From positions 962-64,961 of the forward strand of contig JAGVBU010000009.1 of NCBI GenBank assembly GCA_020059585.1: DNA of 64,000 nucleotides, given 5' to 3'. The notes beneath the pieces were generated by a model, which worked only from the letters and a program-made list of their open reading frames with translations, did no database searches and was not told the origin of the DNA. Below are positions 11,229 through 21,281 of the stretch, piece by piece. The stretch comes from Minisyncoccota bacterium. GTDB taxonomy: Bacteria; Patescibacteriota; Minisyncoccia; UBA6257; GWB1-50-10. Within the stretch, counting starts at the first letter, position 1, and each line of letters begins with the position of its first letter. Both the position numbers and the translations under genes were made by a program.

Positions 11229-12251
11229 TCAAAAAACGCGGACGTGAGATTCTTCCTCTCCTCCCTCTTCCGTAGCAGAATGCTCGTGAATCATGAGTAT
11301 AAGGGGCGGCGCGTCATCTTCCTCGATTTTTATGAGATCTTCTTTTACGATTCCGGAAGGATCATATGTTCCATAATCGATTTCATATTCCGTTTCCGCG
11401 CGGGGTTTTTCCGGAATTTTTATCGCGTCGCTTTTTAATTCTTCAGGATATGCTTTTTTATAAAATGCCGCTGTTTCGCTTTTTTTGAACGGAGTCTCGC
11501 CGAGGAGTTCTTTCGCAAGTCCCTCATACGCGATCGCGCCCGAACTTTGAGGGGCATAAAGCATGATCGGCTTTTGGAAGCTTGGCGCTTCCGCAAGCGC
11601 AACCGATCGGGGGATTTCTATGTCGTATACGTGATACGGAAAGCGCCGGCGAATTTCCCGCGCAATTTCCCTCGAAAGCTTTTCCCGCTTGTCGTACATC
11701 GTAAGAAGCGCCCCTCCGATTTTTATGGGATGGTGAAGATTTTTTCTTATAAGATCAAGGGTTTCGAGCACTTGCGCGATTCCCTCGAGACTATAGTATT
11801 CGCATTGCACGGGGATAATTACTTCATCGGCGGCAAGCAGTCCGTTTATCGTGAGAAGATTCAGGCTTGGTCCCAGATCGATAAATATATATTCGTACTC
11901 GCTCCGCACTTCATGTATAAATTTTCTCAGAAGATATTCCCTTTCAGGAACCTCCACCATTTCGATAAGCGCTCCCGCAAGATCCGATGTCGCCGGAGCG
12001 ATATCAAGTCCCGCGAGATACGTGCGACGAATCACTTCCCGCGGACGTTTTCCGCCAAGAAGCGCGTGATAGATCGTTTCCTCGGGATCGTGGCGCACGC
12101 CAAGCCCCACAGTCGCGTTAAACTGTGAATCAAAATCAATAAGGAGCGTCTTTTTTCCGAGCATCGCGCAATACCCGCTCAAATTCATGGCGGTGGTTGT
12201 CTTTCCGACTCCTCCTTTTTGGTTAAATATTGCAATAGTGCGTGCGAGCAT
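11229..12251 (-). CDS. parA: ParA/Soj ATPase with acidic C-terminal extension
   Basis: NQKGGVGKTTT, PVQCEYYSLEG, IPRSVALAEAPS; start at MLART because the longer ORF runs through tRNA-Leu. Confidence 0.95.
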   Translation of the reverse strand: MLARTIAIFNQKGGVGKTTTAMNLSGYCAMLGKKTLLIDFDSQFNATVGLGVRHDPEETIYHALLGGKRPREVIRRTYLAGLDIAPATSDLAGALIEMVEVPEREYLLRKFIHEVRSEYEYIFIDLGPSLNLLTINGLLAADEVIIPVQCEYYSLEGIAQVLETLDLIRKNLHHPIKIGGALLTMYDKREKLSREIAREIRRRFPYHVYDIEIPRSVALAEAPSFQKPIMLYAPQSSGAIAYEGLAKELLGETPFKKSETAAFYKKAYPEELKSDAIKIPEKPRAETEYEIDYGTYDPSGIVKEDLIKIEEDDAPPLILMIHEHSATEEGGEEESHVRVF

Positions 12252-12257
12252 ATTCCG

Positions 12258-12341
12258 TGCCCGAGGTGGGACTTGAACCCACACGGCCTTGCGGCCACAC
12301 GATTTTGAGTCGTGATCGTCTACCAGTTCCGACACCCGGGC
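12258..12341 (-). tRNA. tRNA-Leu(CAA)
   Basis: GCCCGGG acceptor, anticodon arm CACGA-CTCAAAA-TCGTG, long variable arm, GTTCAAGTC T-loop; CCA not encoded. Confidence 0.95.
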
Positions 12342-12421
12342 ATGTTTTTATAGTGCCACAAAATCAATGTATGGTAAATATAAACCCCTCGTTGTAGAAG
12401 GGTTCAAAATAAAAAATATCG

Positions 12422-12535
12422 CTTGAGCAACTGTAGGTTTTGTTATACCTACAACCAACGCCCCAAAGAGTGGACGATACGTTGCCCAAGGAATGGAAAT
12501 TTTCGGTCATGTCCGGAGCGACCGTACTATTTCCA
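12422..12535 (-). ncRNA. Candidate structured RNA in the 3' trailer of tRNA-Ala
   Basis: Hairpin TGGAAAT/ATTTCCA with inner CGGTCG/TGACCG, then a three-way junction closed by CTTGGGCAAC/GTTGCTCAAG. Confidence 0.4.
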
Positions 12536-12541
12536 GCTGCG

Positions 12542-12615
12542 TGCAGGCAGCAGGACTCGAACCTACAGCCTCTTCCTTGCAAAGGAAGCACTCTCTCCAA
12601 TTGAGCTATGCCCGC
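12542..12615 (-). tRNA. tRNA-Ala(TGC)
   Basis: Acceptor GCGGGCA/TGCCTGC with G3:U70, anticodon arm CTTCC-TTTGCAA-GGAAG, TTCGAGT T-loop. Confidence 0.93.
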
Positions 12616-12665
12616 AAAATACTATCCTTCAGTCTAGAGAAAATTTGCGTACTGTCAAATAAAAA

Positions 12666-13316
12666 TTACATTCCCAGATTCTCGAGAGGACAATTTTTGT
12701 GATTATGCCTTCGCGCCGGACAAAATTTTCTTCCATATTCAATGAGGTAATACGTAAGAAGAAACCAATCTTTTTTCGGAAAAAGCGCCATGAGATCTTT
12801 TTCTATTTTTTCGGGATCTTTATGTTTTGAAAATCCGAGTTTTTGCGAGAGACGGGCAACGTGCGTATCAACCGCGATTCCCTCGACGATTCCATACGCG
12901 TTTCCAAGCACCACATTTGCCGTTTTTCTTCCGACACCGGGAATCTTTATCATTTCCGCCATCGTGCGCGGAACCTCTCCCTTGTGGTGTTTTTGTATAT
13001 ACCGCGCCGCCGCAAGTATATTTTTCGTTTTATTTTTATAGAATCCCGTCTGATAGATATCCTTTTCAAACTGCCGAGGATTCGCGTGAAGATAGTGATC
13101 CAGCGTTCTATATTTCCTGAATATTCTTTCCGTCACCTCATTCACCTTCTTGTCCGTACACTGTGCCGAGAGTATTACCGCCACCAAAAGCTCCCAGTGG
13201 TTTGAATATCGGAGAATCATTCCCGCCTCAGGCAGGAGTTTCTTGAGTTTCTTCAATATGTCCCCCGCGCGGATTTTAGCGCTTTTTGTCGGTATCCCCG
13301 TCTTTTTTCCGGTCAT
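12666..13316 (-). CDS. nth: Endonuclease III
   Basis: LSAQCTD, HhH IPGVGRKTANVV, AVDTHV; Fe-S cysteine motif is reduced. Confidence 0.95.
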   Translation of the reverse strand: MTGKKTGIPTKSAKIRAGDILKKLKKLLPEAGMILRYSNHWELLVAVILSAQCTDKKVNEVTERIFRKYRTLDHYLHANPRQFEKDIYQTGFYKNKTKNILAAARYIQKHHKGEVPRTMAEMIKIPGVGRKTANVVLGNAYGIVEGIAVDTHVARLSQKLGFSKHKDPEKIEKDLMALFPKKDWFLLTYYLIEYGRKFCPARRHNHKNCPLENLGM

Positions 13317-14004
13317 TTACAAAAAGATACGTTGCGACTATTGCTGCGGTCTCCGCGCGCAGCGTAAATTTTCCAATGGTGCACACGCGCACATCGTTTT
13401 CTCTTGCGTATGCGATCTCTTTTTCTGTCCATCCCCCCTCGGGGCCTATATAGATTCTCACATCCTTCCCGCGCGCTATTGCCGGCGAATATAAATCTCC
13501 CGATTCATCGCATAACACGGAAATCCCGTGAAAAACATCTGTAAGTACGTCAGAAAAATCACGCACGGGGAAAAGATCCGGAATGCGCGTGCGCCCCGAC
13601 TGTTCCGCTGCCTCTTTCATTATTTTTTTCAATCGCTCCTCTTTCACCGCGAGCTTCACGGTACGTTCCGCGCGTATGGGCGTAATGCTCGACACGCCGC
13701 ATTCCGTCGCTTTTTGGGCAATCCATTCGAAATTTTCCCTTTTGATGACACTCGCGAAAAGATGAACTTTCGACAATGAGTCGTCTTCTTTTTTTCTCAA
13801 TCCGGAAAACCCATAGGTTATCACGCCGTTCCGTATATCTTTTATGACAACCTCATATTCGCTCCCCGTCGCATCAAAGAAAATAACAGAGGTCTCTTTT
13901 GAGACACGAAGCACGTTTTTTAATTGATGGGCAAGCCCCTTATCCTTGAGAGATATGCCGTCTTTCTCAAACTTTCCCTCTATGAAGAAACGATGCAATT
14001 TCAT
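13276..14004 (-). CDS. rsmE: 16S rRNA m3U1498 methyltransferase
   Basis: HQLKNVLR, KATECGV, EAAEQSGR, IGPEGGW, LRAETAA. Confidence 0.95.
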   Translation of the reverse strand: MKLHRFFIEGKFEKDGISLKDKGLAHQLKNVLRVSKETSVIFFDATGSEYEVVIKDIRNGVITYGFSGLRKKEDDSLSKVHLFASVIKRENFEWIAQKATECGVSSITPIRAERTVKLAVKEERLKKIMKEAAEQSGRTRIPDLFPVRDFSDVLTDVFHGISVLCDESGDLYSPAIARGKDVRIYIGPEGGWTEKEIAYARENDVRVCTIGKFTLRAETAAIVATYLFVNDRKKDGDTDKKR

Positions 14005-14025
14005 ATGGAATCGCCTGCGTATAAA

Positions 14026-15282
14026 CTAATAGTCCGCGCGCAATGCTTCTATTGGACTTTTTTTCGACGCTTGATGTGCCGGAAATATGCCGAATATAAT
14101 TCCTATTCCTCCCGACACCACTACCCCAAGAAACGCTCCGAGATAGGAAAAGATAAAAGGAAAATTCATATTCATAACGTAGGACGCGATCGTCACGCTT
14201 AGAAACGTCACAAGCGCACCCGCCATAATTCCGATGATTCCTCCGAGCAAGGTCAAAAATACCGACTCTATGAGAAATTGAGTGCGTATGTTCTTATTCG
14301 TCGCGCCAAGCGCCTTGCGCAACCCTATCTCTTTCGTGCGTTCCGTCACCGACACGAACATTATATTCATCACGCCGATTCCGCCCACCATGAGGGATAT
14401 CGCCGCGACAAACGCGAGAAAGACCGTAATCGCGTCGAGAATGCTGTTCACGCTTTTTATAATATCTTCCTGCGTACTCACAATGAAATCATCGTCTTCG
14501 GGATCTTCTATATCATGATTTTCGCGCAAAGTAATTTTTATATCCTTTACGAGATTCGGCACCGCATCAGGATTGCGCGCGGCGACTGCGATTTCATGAA
14601 AATGCCGTATTCCGAGAATATACCGTTGCATTGACGTGTAGGGAATCATTGCCATATCATCGATCCCGAACATTGAGGTGCCAAGCGTGGAAAGAACACC
14701 CACGATTTTGAACCGCTTATCTTTTATTTTTATCCTCTCTCCCACGGGATTCGCGGTCTCTGATCCAAAGAACTCCTTCACGATATTCTTGCCCACTACT
14801 ACGACCGCCGCATTTTCATCAACTTCTTCTTTCGTGAATTTTCTTCCGAATCCCACGGATATATTGTATATATCAAATCCCTCGGCACCGCTTCCTATAA
14901 TCGAAACTGTCTTTGTCTCTGATTCAAATGAAACGGTCGCCGAACCGTTCACCGCGGGATTTATAAAGGCCGCATCAGGCACATTTGAACGATTTCGGAG
15001 ACTCTCCACGTCTTTTTCCGTGAGCGATTTAAGAAGAAGCGCCGCGCTCTGTCCGCCAAAACTAAAAAGCCCGTCGGAGGGTTTTCCGGGATTTATGAAG
15101 ACGTTTTCGGATCCGAACGACTGTATCTCTTTGACGATGAGGTACGTCGCGCTGTCGCCTATCGACATTACTATCATGATGGCGCTTATGCCTATCACAA
15201 TGCCGAGCACGGTGAGCACCGATCTCCCTTTATGCGTGATAAGCGCCTGAATGGCAGTGCGTATGGTATCTTTCAAATTCAT
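14026..15282 (-). CDS. MacB/FtsX-type ABC transporter permease
   Basis: LTVLGIVIGI, VGGIGVMNIM, VTERTKEIGLRKALGA. Confidence 0.92.
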   Translation of the reverse strand: MNLKDTIRTAIQALITHKGRSVLTVLGIVIGISAIMIVMSIGDSATYLIVKEIQSFGSENVFINPGKPSDGLFSFGGQSAALLLKSLTEKDVESLRNRSNVPDAAFINPAVNGSATVSFESETKTVSIIGSGAEGFDIYNISVGFGRKFTKEEVDENAAVVVVGKNIVKEFFGSETANPVGERIKIKDKRFKIVGVLSTLGTSMFGIDDMAMIPYTSMQRYILGIRHFHEIAVAARNPDAVPNLVKDIKITLRENHDIEDPEDDDFIVSTQEDIIKSVNSILDAITVFLAFVAAISLMVGGIGVMNIMFVSVTERTKEIGLRKALGATNKNIRTQFLIESVFLTLLGGIIGIMAGALVTFLSVTIASYVMNMNFPFIFSYLGAFLGVVVSGGIGIIFGIFPAHQASKKSPIEALRADY

Positions 15283-15284
15283 AA

Positions 15285-16526
15285 TTATTCGTAATGAAGA
15301 GATTCAATAGGACTTTTCTTAGACGCTTTTTTCGCGGGAAATATGCCGAACACGATCCCGATGGACACCGACACTCCTATTCCGAGCATCAAACCGCGCA
15401 CGGAAAAAATAAATGGAAAATCAAGACCCGCGAAGGTGCGCGCGGCATATGAGAGCGCGAATGTGAGTATCGTTCCCAATATCACTCCGATTATCCCTCC
15501 TAATCCCGTAAGAAGAAGAGCTTCATAAAGAAACTGAGCGAGAATGTCGCCGTTTGTCGCGCCAAGCGCCTTGCGCAATCCTATTTCTCTCGTACGCTCC
15601 GTGACGGATACAAGCATGATATTCATGATTCCCACCCCGCCGACCACAAGCGAGATCGCGGCGACGGAAGAAAGAAGCACCGTAAGAATTCCCGTAATCG
15701 TCTTCACCTGATCCACTATTCCTTCCTGTGTTTGTATGAAAAAATCATCTTTTTCAGGATCATCTATATTATGATTGCTCCGTATAAGGGATTTTACATC
15801 ACGAATGACTTCGGGAACTTTTTCTATTGATTCTGCCTCAACCACGATGCGGTTGAAGTAGCGGATACCGAGCACGCTTTCCTGAACCGTGGTGTAGGGA
15901 GCGATGACTGCCTTATTAAAATCTATAAACGAACCCTGTCCCTCCGGTTCAAGGACTCCTATGACCCTGAATTTCTGATTCTTCATCTGTATCTTTTCTC
16001 CTATCGGATCGATGTTCCCGAAAAGATCTTCGCGCACCTTATCTCCTATGACTGCCACCTTTTCCTTTTCTTCGACATCTCTCATTTCAAAAAATACCCC
16101 TCGAGAAACGGACAAATCAAAATTTTTTTCGATAAGTTCGGTGCTCCCCATTACCATCGCGTCATAAATCTCCGAGTCATAGGACGTAGTGACGTACCCG
16201 AACACGTAAGGGATTATATTTTTCGCTCCCGGAACGTTTGATTTCTTTTGAAGATCTTCGAAATCTTTCTGTTTTAATGAGTCATTAAGAAGCGTTCCCG
16301 CCGCATCAGTCGGTCCGCTCGGCTGACGTCCCGGCAGAAGGAATATATTAGAGGGTCCGAATCTCTGTATCTCTCCCATCACCAAGCCTTCGGCGCTTTG
16401 TCCCATCGACATAATGGTCATTATCGATGCGATGCCTATCACAATACCGAGCACCGTAAGCGCTGATCGGTTTTTATGCACAGAGATTCCTTTTTTTGCC
16501 GTGATGAGGGAGTCCTGGAATCTCAT
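15285..16526 (-). CDS. MacB/FtsX-type ABC transporter permease (paralog)
   Basis: Same motifs: VGGVGIMNIMLVSVTERTREIGLRKALGA. Confidence 0.92.
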   Translation of the reverse strand: MRFQDSLITAKKGISVHKNRSALTVLGIVIGIASIMTIMSMGQSAEGLVMGEIQRFGPSNIFLLPGRQPSGPTDAAGTLLNDSLKQKDFEDLQKKSNVPGAKNIIPYVFGYVTTSYDSEIYDAMVMGSTELIEKNFDLSVSRGVFFEMRDVEEKEKVAVIGDKVREDLFGNIDPIGEKIQMKNQKFRVIGVLEPEGQGSFIDFNKAVIAPYTTVQESVLGIRYFNRIVVEAESIEKVPEVIRDVKSLIRSNHNIDDPEKDDFFIQTQEGIVDQVKTITGILTVLLSSVAAISLVVGGVGIMNIMLVSVTERTREIGLRKALGATNGDILAQFLYEALLLTGLGGIIGVILGTILTFALSYAARTFAGLDFPFIFSVRGLMLGIGVSVSIGIVFGIFPAKKASKKSPIESLHYE

Positions 16527-16530
16527 ACGG

Positions 16531-17271
16531 TTATTTTCTAAATCCTTCCTGCGCGACCACGCGACGATGAATCACTTTTTCGTCCTTGTCTATTTTCCCG
16601 TCGATAATATGAACTATCCTTCCACTCGCTTCCGCGACATATGATTCGTGGGTCACAATAACGATTGTGTGCCCGCGGTCGTTTAATTCCTGAAGAAATC
16701 CAAGCACCACGCCTCCTGATTTGGAATCAAGATTTCCCGTCGGCTCATCAGCAAATATAATTTTTGGATTGTTCACAAGCGCCCGCGCGATTGCAACACG
16801 CTGTTTTTGTCCTCCCGAAAGACGCGAGGTCTGATAATCCGTCCTGTCAGAAAGCCCCACAAGATCTATCATCTCTTTTGCTGTTTTTATCCGTTCCTTG
16901 GGAGCAACCCCTTTATACATAAGCGGAAGGGCCACATTTTCCAATACGGTAAGCCGAGGAAGAAGATTAAACGCTTGAAACACAAATCCTATTTTCTCAT
17001 TGCGTATCTGGGCAAATTCGTCATCGGTATAATTATTTATTTCTTTTCCTTCGAAAAAATACTTCCCTCCCGTGGGTCTATCGAGACATCCCAGTATCTG
17101 CATGAGCGTTGATTTTCCGGATCCTGAAGGCCCTACAATCGCGACAAACTCACCTTCTTGTATGGAGAAGGTGATATGTTCAAGCGCTACCGTTGAAATA
17201 TCCTCATTCGTATAAATTTTTGCGAGTTTTTCCGTCCGTATGAGCGCGTCCATATGATTATTCGCTTGCAA
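16531..17271 (-). CDS. ABC transporter ATP-binding protein (LolD/MacB type)
   Basis: [26 protein letters not shown]. Confidence 0.95.
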   Translation of the reverse strand: MQANNHMDALIRTEKLAKIYTNEDISTVALEHITFSIQEGEFVAIVGPSGSGKSTLMQILGCLDRPTGGKYFFEGKEINNYTDDEFAQIRNEKIGFVFQAFNLLPRLTVLENVALPLMYKGVAPKERIKTAKEMIDLVGLSDRTDYQTSRLSGGQKQRVAIARALVNNPKIIFADEPTGNLDSKSGGVVLGFLQELNDRGHTIVIVTHESYVAEASGRIVHIIDGKIDKDEKVIHRRVVAQEGFRK

Positions 17272-18805
17272 TGCTATACCCCTCGCGCACTCCCGAAATC
17301 ACCTCGGTGCGTCCATCGGAACCCCTTAATCCCACGGTGATCTCAATTCTGTTTACGGTTTCGCCTTCCACCTTATTCACAAAATATTTTCCTCCATCAA
17401 TGATGATGTTTCTTGTGGGAACATAGACGACATTCTCTTTTTTGCCGCTCATTATATCCACGTCTGCCGTAAGTCCAGGAAGAATCCTTTCATCCTTGTC
17501 TTTAAATTGAAGTTTTGTTTTATACGTCGCGACTCCCTCGATTACCGTTTCAGAAAGATCTATTTGGGTAATCACCGCCTCAAAAAGCGTTCCCCGTCCG
17601 TACGCGTCGAGCGTCACGCGCGCTTCATTCCCCAATTTTACTTTCGCAATATCAGATTCGGCGATGTTTGCCTCAATTTCGAAATTTCCCGATCCTATAA
17701 GCGCGACAATCGGCGTTCCGGAAACGATATCCCCCACTTCCGCGCTTACTTTTGTCACTGTTCCCGAGAACGGAGCGCGAAGGAGCGTTTTCTCATATTG
17801 AGTGCGATAATACATAAGATTTCCATTCGCCTGCTCAACCTGCGCTTCCTGCGATTCTAACTGTTCCTCTGAGGCGCCCGCGAGCGTAAGTGAAAGCTCG
17901 TTCTTTATCCGTTCCACTGTTATTTTTTGCGATGCGATTGTCTGCTCTTGGGAACTTAATGAGGTGTATGACGCGTTCACATTCGTGCGCGCCGTATAAA
18001 TATTCGATTTGTACGTACTTACCGTTGTCGCGGAAACCCCCACCGCTCCATCAACGACATCAAGAGTTCTCGCAAGAAAGTCCCGCACGAGGGAAAGATG
18101 CGCTTCTCCGGCGCGAATCGCTCCAGTGAGAATTTCCCGAGGAGAACTTCCGCTTATCACGCGCAGCTCTTCCCTCCATTTCGCGAGATCGTTTCCCACG
18201 CGATAGCGCATTGATAACACATCAATTTCTCCCTGTGTGTTCGATGAGGTGAACGTCAATTTCGGATTCGCGGTATCATCATCTGAAAAAACATCATCGG
18301 TTTTCGCGCGAACCGCGTCATCTGCTTTCGCGTACGCATCGTTCAATATATCAACGATACTCCGATAATAGTTATCGAGATCCTGCTCAGCTCTTTTTAA
18401 TTCCGTTTCCTTTATCGCAATCTCTTCGGGACGCGATCCGCGCTTCAATTCATCGAGTTTTGCCTGCTGTGTTTTCAGGGTGGCTTCTGCTTGCGCGATT
18501 TGAGCGGAAAGATCTCCGTTCTCAAGCTGCGCGAGTATCTCACCTCGCACCACGTTGTTTCCCACCTGCGCGGGAATCCGTGTTACGCGTCCGCTTTTTT
18601 CAAACGCCAAATTAATGCTTTTTGCCGGAACAACCTTTCCGGTAACACTCACTTCCTCAACGACATCTCCACGGGAAACCGTCACTGCCTCTTGCGGAGC
18701 GTCATTCCCACCGCCAAAAATAAAGTATCCTCCCGCGATTACGCAAAGCACCGCAAAAAACACAAGAACTTTCTTATATTTTAAAAGTTTTATTTTTTTG
18801 AGCAT
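17258..18805 (-). CDS. Membrane-fusion / adaptor protein (MacA/HlyD-like)
   Basis: N-terminal TM, lipoyl-like halves, long coiled coil, LRAPFSGTV, ESDIAKVKLG. Confidence 0.9.
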   Translation of the reverse strand: MLKKIKLLKYKKVLVFFAVLCVIAGGYFIFGGGNDAPQEAVTVSRGDVVEEVSVTGKVVPAKSINLAFEKSGRVTRIPAQVGNNVVRGEILAQLENGDLSAQIAQAEATLKTQQAKLDELKRGSRPEEIAIKETELKRAEQDLDNYYRSIVDILNDAYAKADDAVRAKTDDVFSDDDTANPKLTFTSSNTQGEIDVLSMRYRVGNDLAKWREELRVISGSSPREILTGAIRAGEAHLSLVRDFLARTLDVVDGAVGVSATTVSTYKSNIYTARTNVNASYTSLSSQEQTIASQKITVERIKNELSLTLAGASEEQLESQEAQVEQANGNLMYYRTQYEKTLLRAPFSGTVTKVSAEVGDIVSGTPIVALIGSGNFEIEANIAESDIAKVKLGNEARVTLDAYGRGTLFEAVITQIDLSETVIEGVATYKTKLQFKDKDERILPGLTADVDIMSGKKENVVYVPTRNIIIDGGKYFVNKVEGETVNRIEITVGLRGSDGRTEVISGVREGYSIASE

Positions 18806-18808
18806 ATT

Positions 18809-19138
18809 CTATTTTTTTCTTTTTTCTCCTGTTTTCTCCTTAAACTTTTTGATTTCGGATTTCAATATATCTTTAACGGCATCTATCGCGATGCGCGCGT
18901 CAACATCATATGCTTCGGCCCGAAGAGTTTTTCCCGGAAATCGCACGGTTGCCTCCGTGTAAAATACCTCACCGCTTTTATGATGCCTTGTCGCGCGGGA
19001 AATTTCGACAAAACAATCGAGCGCCCCCTCTTTCTCAAACGAAGACACCATTCGGGAAAGCGTTCCGAATTTGTCTATCGTAAATTTTTTTATTGAGGGC
19101 GTAAGATCGAGTTTTTTCGCTACAATAGTGATATTCAT
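18809..19138 (-). CDS. hpf: Ribosome hibernation factor, short HPF/RaiA
   Basis: MNITIVAKKLDLTPSI, LRAEAY, IAIDAV S30AE pattern. Confidence 0.85.
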   Translation of the reverse strand: MNITIVAKKLDLTPSIKKFTIDKFGTLSRMVSSFEKEGALDCFVEISRATRHHKSGEVFYTEATVRFPGKTLRAEAYDVDARIAIDAVKDILKSEIKKFKEKTGEKRKK

Positions 19139-19154
19139 GCAAGAAAGTATATCA

Positions 19155-20486
19155 TTAAATTTCCATTCCGAGAATCTTCTTTATGGCTTTTCCCGCGTCA
19201 GCGCGTGCCACTTCGATTTGCGTCCGCGCAATGACGTTTTTTATCTGCAAGGTACCACGCGTCTTTTCTTCGGATCCCGCGATAAGTATGATTGGCACCT
19301 CGCGATGCAACGCGTACGCGAGCTGACCCTTGATGGTATCCTCGTTCCCGAAATAGATCTCGGTGCGTATTCCTTCGCTTCTCAAGCGCGCTGCCGATTC
19401 CTCTATATATTCTTCACACTGCTTTTCGAAGTTCAGGAATATCGCGTTCGCGACAGAATGCGTTTTTACAAGAAGTCCAAGCTGCGTTAACGCCGCGAAC
19501 AAACGATCGAGGCCTATCGATATTCCTACCGCGGGAATCGCACTTTGTCCGAATTGAGCCACAAGTCCGTTATACCTCCCCCCAGAACACACGCTTCCTA
19601 TGCCCGGAAGATCATTGAGCGTGGTTTCGAAAACCGGCCCCGTATAATATCCAAGACCTCTCGCAACTGAAGCATCCACAATCCATGCGTCGTTCGGCAT
19701 TCCGAGCGCGGCAAGGTGCGTGGATATCTGTCTTAATTCTTCGATCCCTTCCTTCATCAACGCCGCGTGCGAACCGAATGCTTTTTCAATATCCTCCCCC
19801 GGAGTAATCTTTGTTTCTATAATGGAACGTATCGCGATAGATTGTTTCTCTGAAAGTTTTTCTTCTTTTATAAGAGCCTCCTTCACCTTTGCCGATCCTA
19901 TTTTATCAAGCTTGTCGATAATACGAAGCACGCTCCGAAGCTTCTTTTCGGGAAATCCGGCCGCTTTCGGAAGCGCTTCCAAAATCTTCCTGTTGTTTAC
20001 TTTCATCGTGAAGTTTCTGACTCCAAGCGCGCGCAGCGTTTCATAACCGAGAGATATCACTTCGGCATCCGCCATCATTGACGATGATCCCACGATATCC
20101 GCGTCGCACTGCATAAATTCGCGGAGACGCCCCGTTTGAGGTTTCTCTCCTCGCCACGATTTTCCGATATGGTAGCGTTTGAATGGTTTTCGTATCCCCG
20201 GATATTGCGCGATCACCCGCGCGAGGGGCACCGTGAGGTCAAAGCGAAGCGCCAGCACATCGTCTCCGCGCGCCTTACTTGTGGTGAATATCTGTTTTTT
20301 AAAATCCTTGTCCCCCCCAGTTAGCACCTCCAAACGCTCAATTCCGGGAGTATCAATCGGCAAGAATCCGTAGCGTTCAAATATCGCCCGTATCACGTCT
20401 GTCATGTGTTGTCGGGGAATCATCTCCTCAGGAAGATAATCCCTGAATCCCGCCGCGAGTCCGGGAACCACTTTCTTCTTTTGCAT
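19155..20486 (-). CDS. hisS: Histidine--tRNA ligase
   Basis: GFRDYLP, LRFDLTVPLAR, GRLREFMQCD, RGLGYYTG, GGRY. Confidence 0.97.
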   Translation of the reverse strand: MQKKKVVPGLAAGFRDYLPEEMIPRQHMTDVIRAIFERYGFLPIDTPGIERLEVLTGGDKDFKKQIFTTSKARGDDVLALRFDLTVPLARVIAQYPGIRKPFKRYHIGKSWRGEKPQTGRLREFMQCDADIVGSSSMMADAEVISLGYETLRALGVRNFTMKVNNRKILEALPKAAGFPEKKLRSVLRIIDKLDKIGSAKVKEALIKEEKLSEKQSIAIRSIIETKITPGEDIEKAFGSHAALMKEGIEELRQISTHLAALGMPNDAWIVDASVARGLGYYTGPVFETTLNDLPGIGSVCSGGRYNGLVAQFGQSAIPAVGISIGLDRLFAALTQLGLLVKTHSVANAIFLNFEKQCEEYIEESAARLRSEGIRTEIYFGNEDTIKGQLAYALHREVPIILIAGSEEKTRGTLQIKNVIARTQIEVARADAGKAIKKILGMEI

Positions 20487-20553
20487 ATTCTTATTCTATA
20501 CTACGGCAGGAAAACCTTCAATTTATCGGTATTTTCGCTTATCACACAGAGTA

Positions 20554-20582
20554 TTGACTTTTTTCTTATATGGGTGTATAAT
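20554..20582 (+). promoter_or_regulatory. Sigma70-type promoter
   Basis: TTGACT-N17-TATAAT; GGAGG SD at 20636-20640. Confidence 0.8.
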
Positions 20583-20646
20583 ATCTCCAGACACTGGAAG
20601 TTCACAGAACTTAACATATTTTTCATTAATATTTTGGAGGTACCAA

Positions 20647-21228
20647 ATGACAGTTCTTTATATCGTTGTTGCGCTTGTCGCTTATTACCTTTTGACTTCA
20701 AAAAAAGGTCCCAAAGCCGACTACTCATCATTCTTAAAATATGTAAATTTCCGCTTAGGAAAAGGGAAGGAAATAACAAAAGATGATGTAGATAACGTAG
20801 AGCAATTTTCTCTCGCGATGGGTATTCCTTTTACTGCACGCGAGCAGGCGGCATATCTTGCGGAAACAACACCGAAGAAAGTGAAAAAACTCAGAGAAAA
20901 AGCTGATAAGGCAAAAAAACTCTGGAACAAACTTTCAAAAACTTCGAAATATCTTGCATACGTTGCCGCAATTGTTGTATTCGGCATTTTATACAACAAC
21001 TGGATAGGTCCTTTGTGGGATATGTTGGTAACATCAACACAATTCGTATGGGGAGTTCTCAAATCGGTTCCTCAATCGGTACTTGCCGCAGTTCCTTTCG
21101 TGATATTCCTTTATGTTGCTAAGAAATTAGCCGACTACAGAAAGAAATTGTACAAGCAGAGAGCAGCCGCTGTTGAATCTACGATTCCTACAATTACCAA
21201 AGTTTACAACATTCTGAATCAAGGATAG
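20647..21228 (+). CDS. Hypothetical membrane protein, AT-rich gene
   Basis: SD-preceded ATG, about 3 hydrophobic segments, own promoter and terminator. Confidence 0.75.
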   Translation: MTVLYIVVALVAYYLLTSKKGPKADYSSFLKYVNFRLGKGKEITKDDVDNVEQFSLAMGIPFTAREQAAYLAETTPKKVKKLREKADKAKKLWNKLSKTSKYLAYVAAIVVFGILYNNWIGPLWDMLVTSTQFVWGVLKSVPQSVLAAVPFVIFLYVAKKLADYRKKLYKQRAAAVESTIPTITKVYNILNQG

Positions 21229-21281
21229 TTAGCACAGCACAGATCACAGCTTCGACCCCCCCCTCCAAACCCAATTACATC

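Noticed and set aside
12422-12541. tRNA-associated theta/HDV-like ribozyme
   Set aside because: Could not build the nested double pseudoknot starting at the tRNA 3' end
12252-12600. N-terminal extension of parA and ORF 12364-12600
   Set aside because: Both read through tRNA genes
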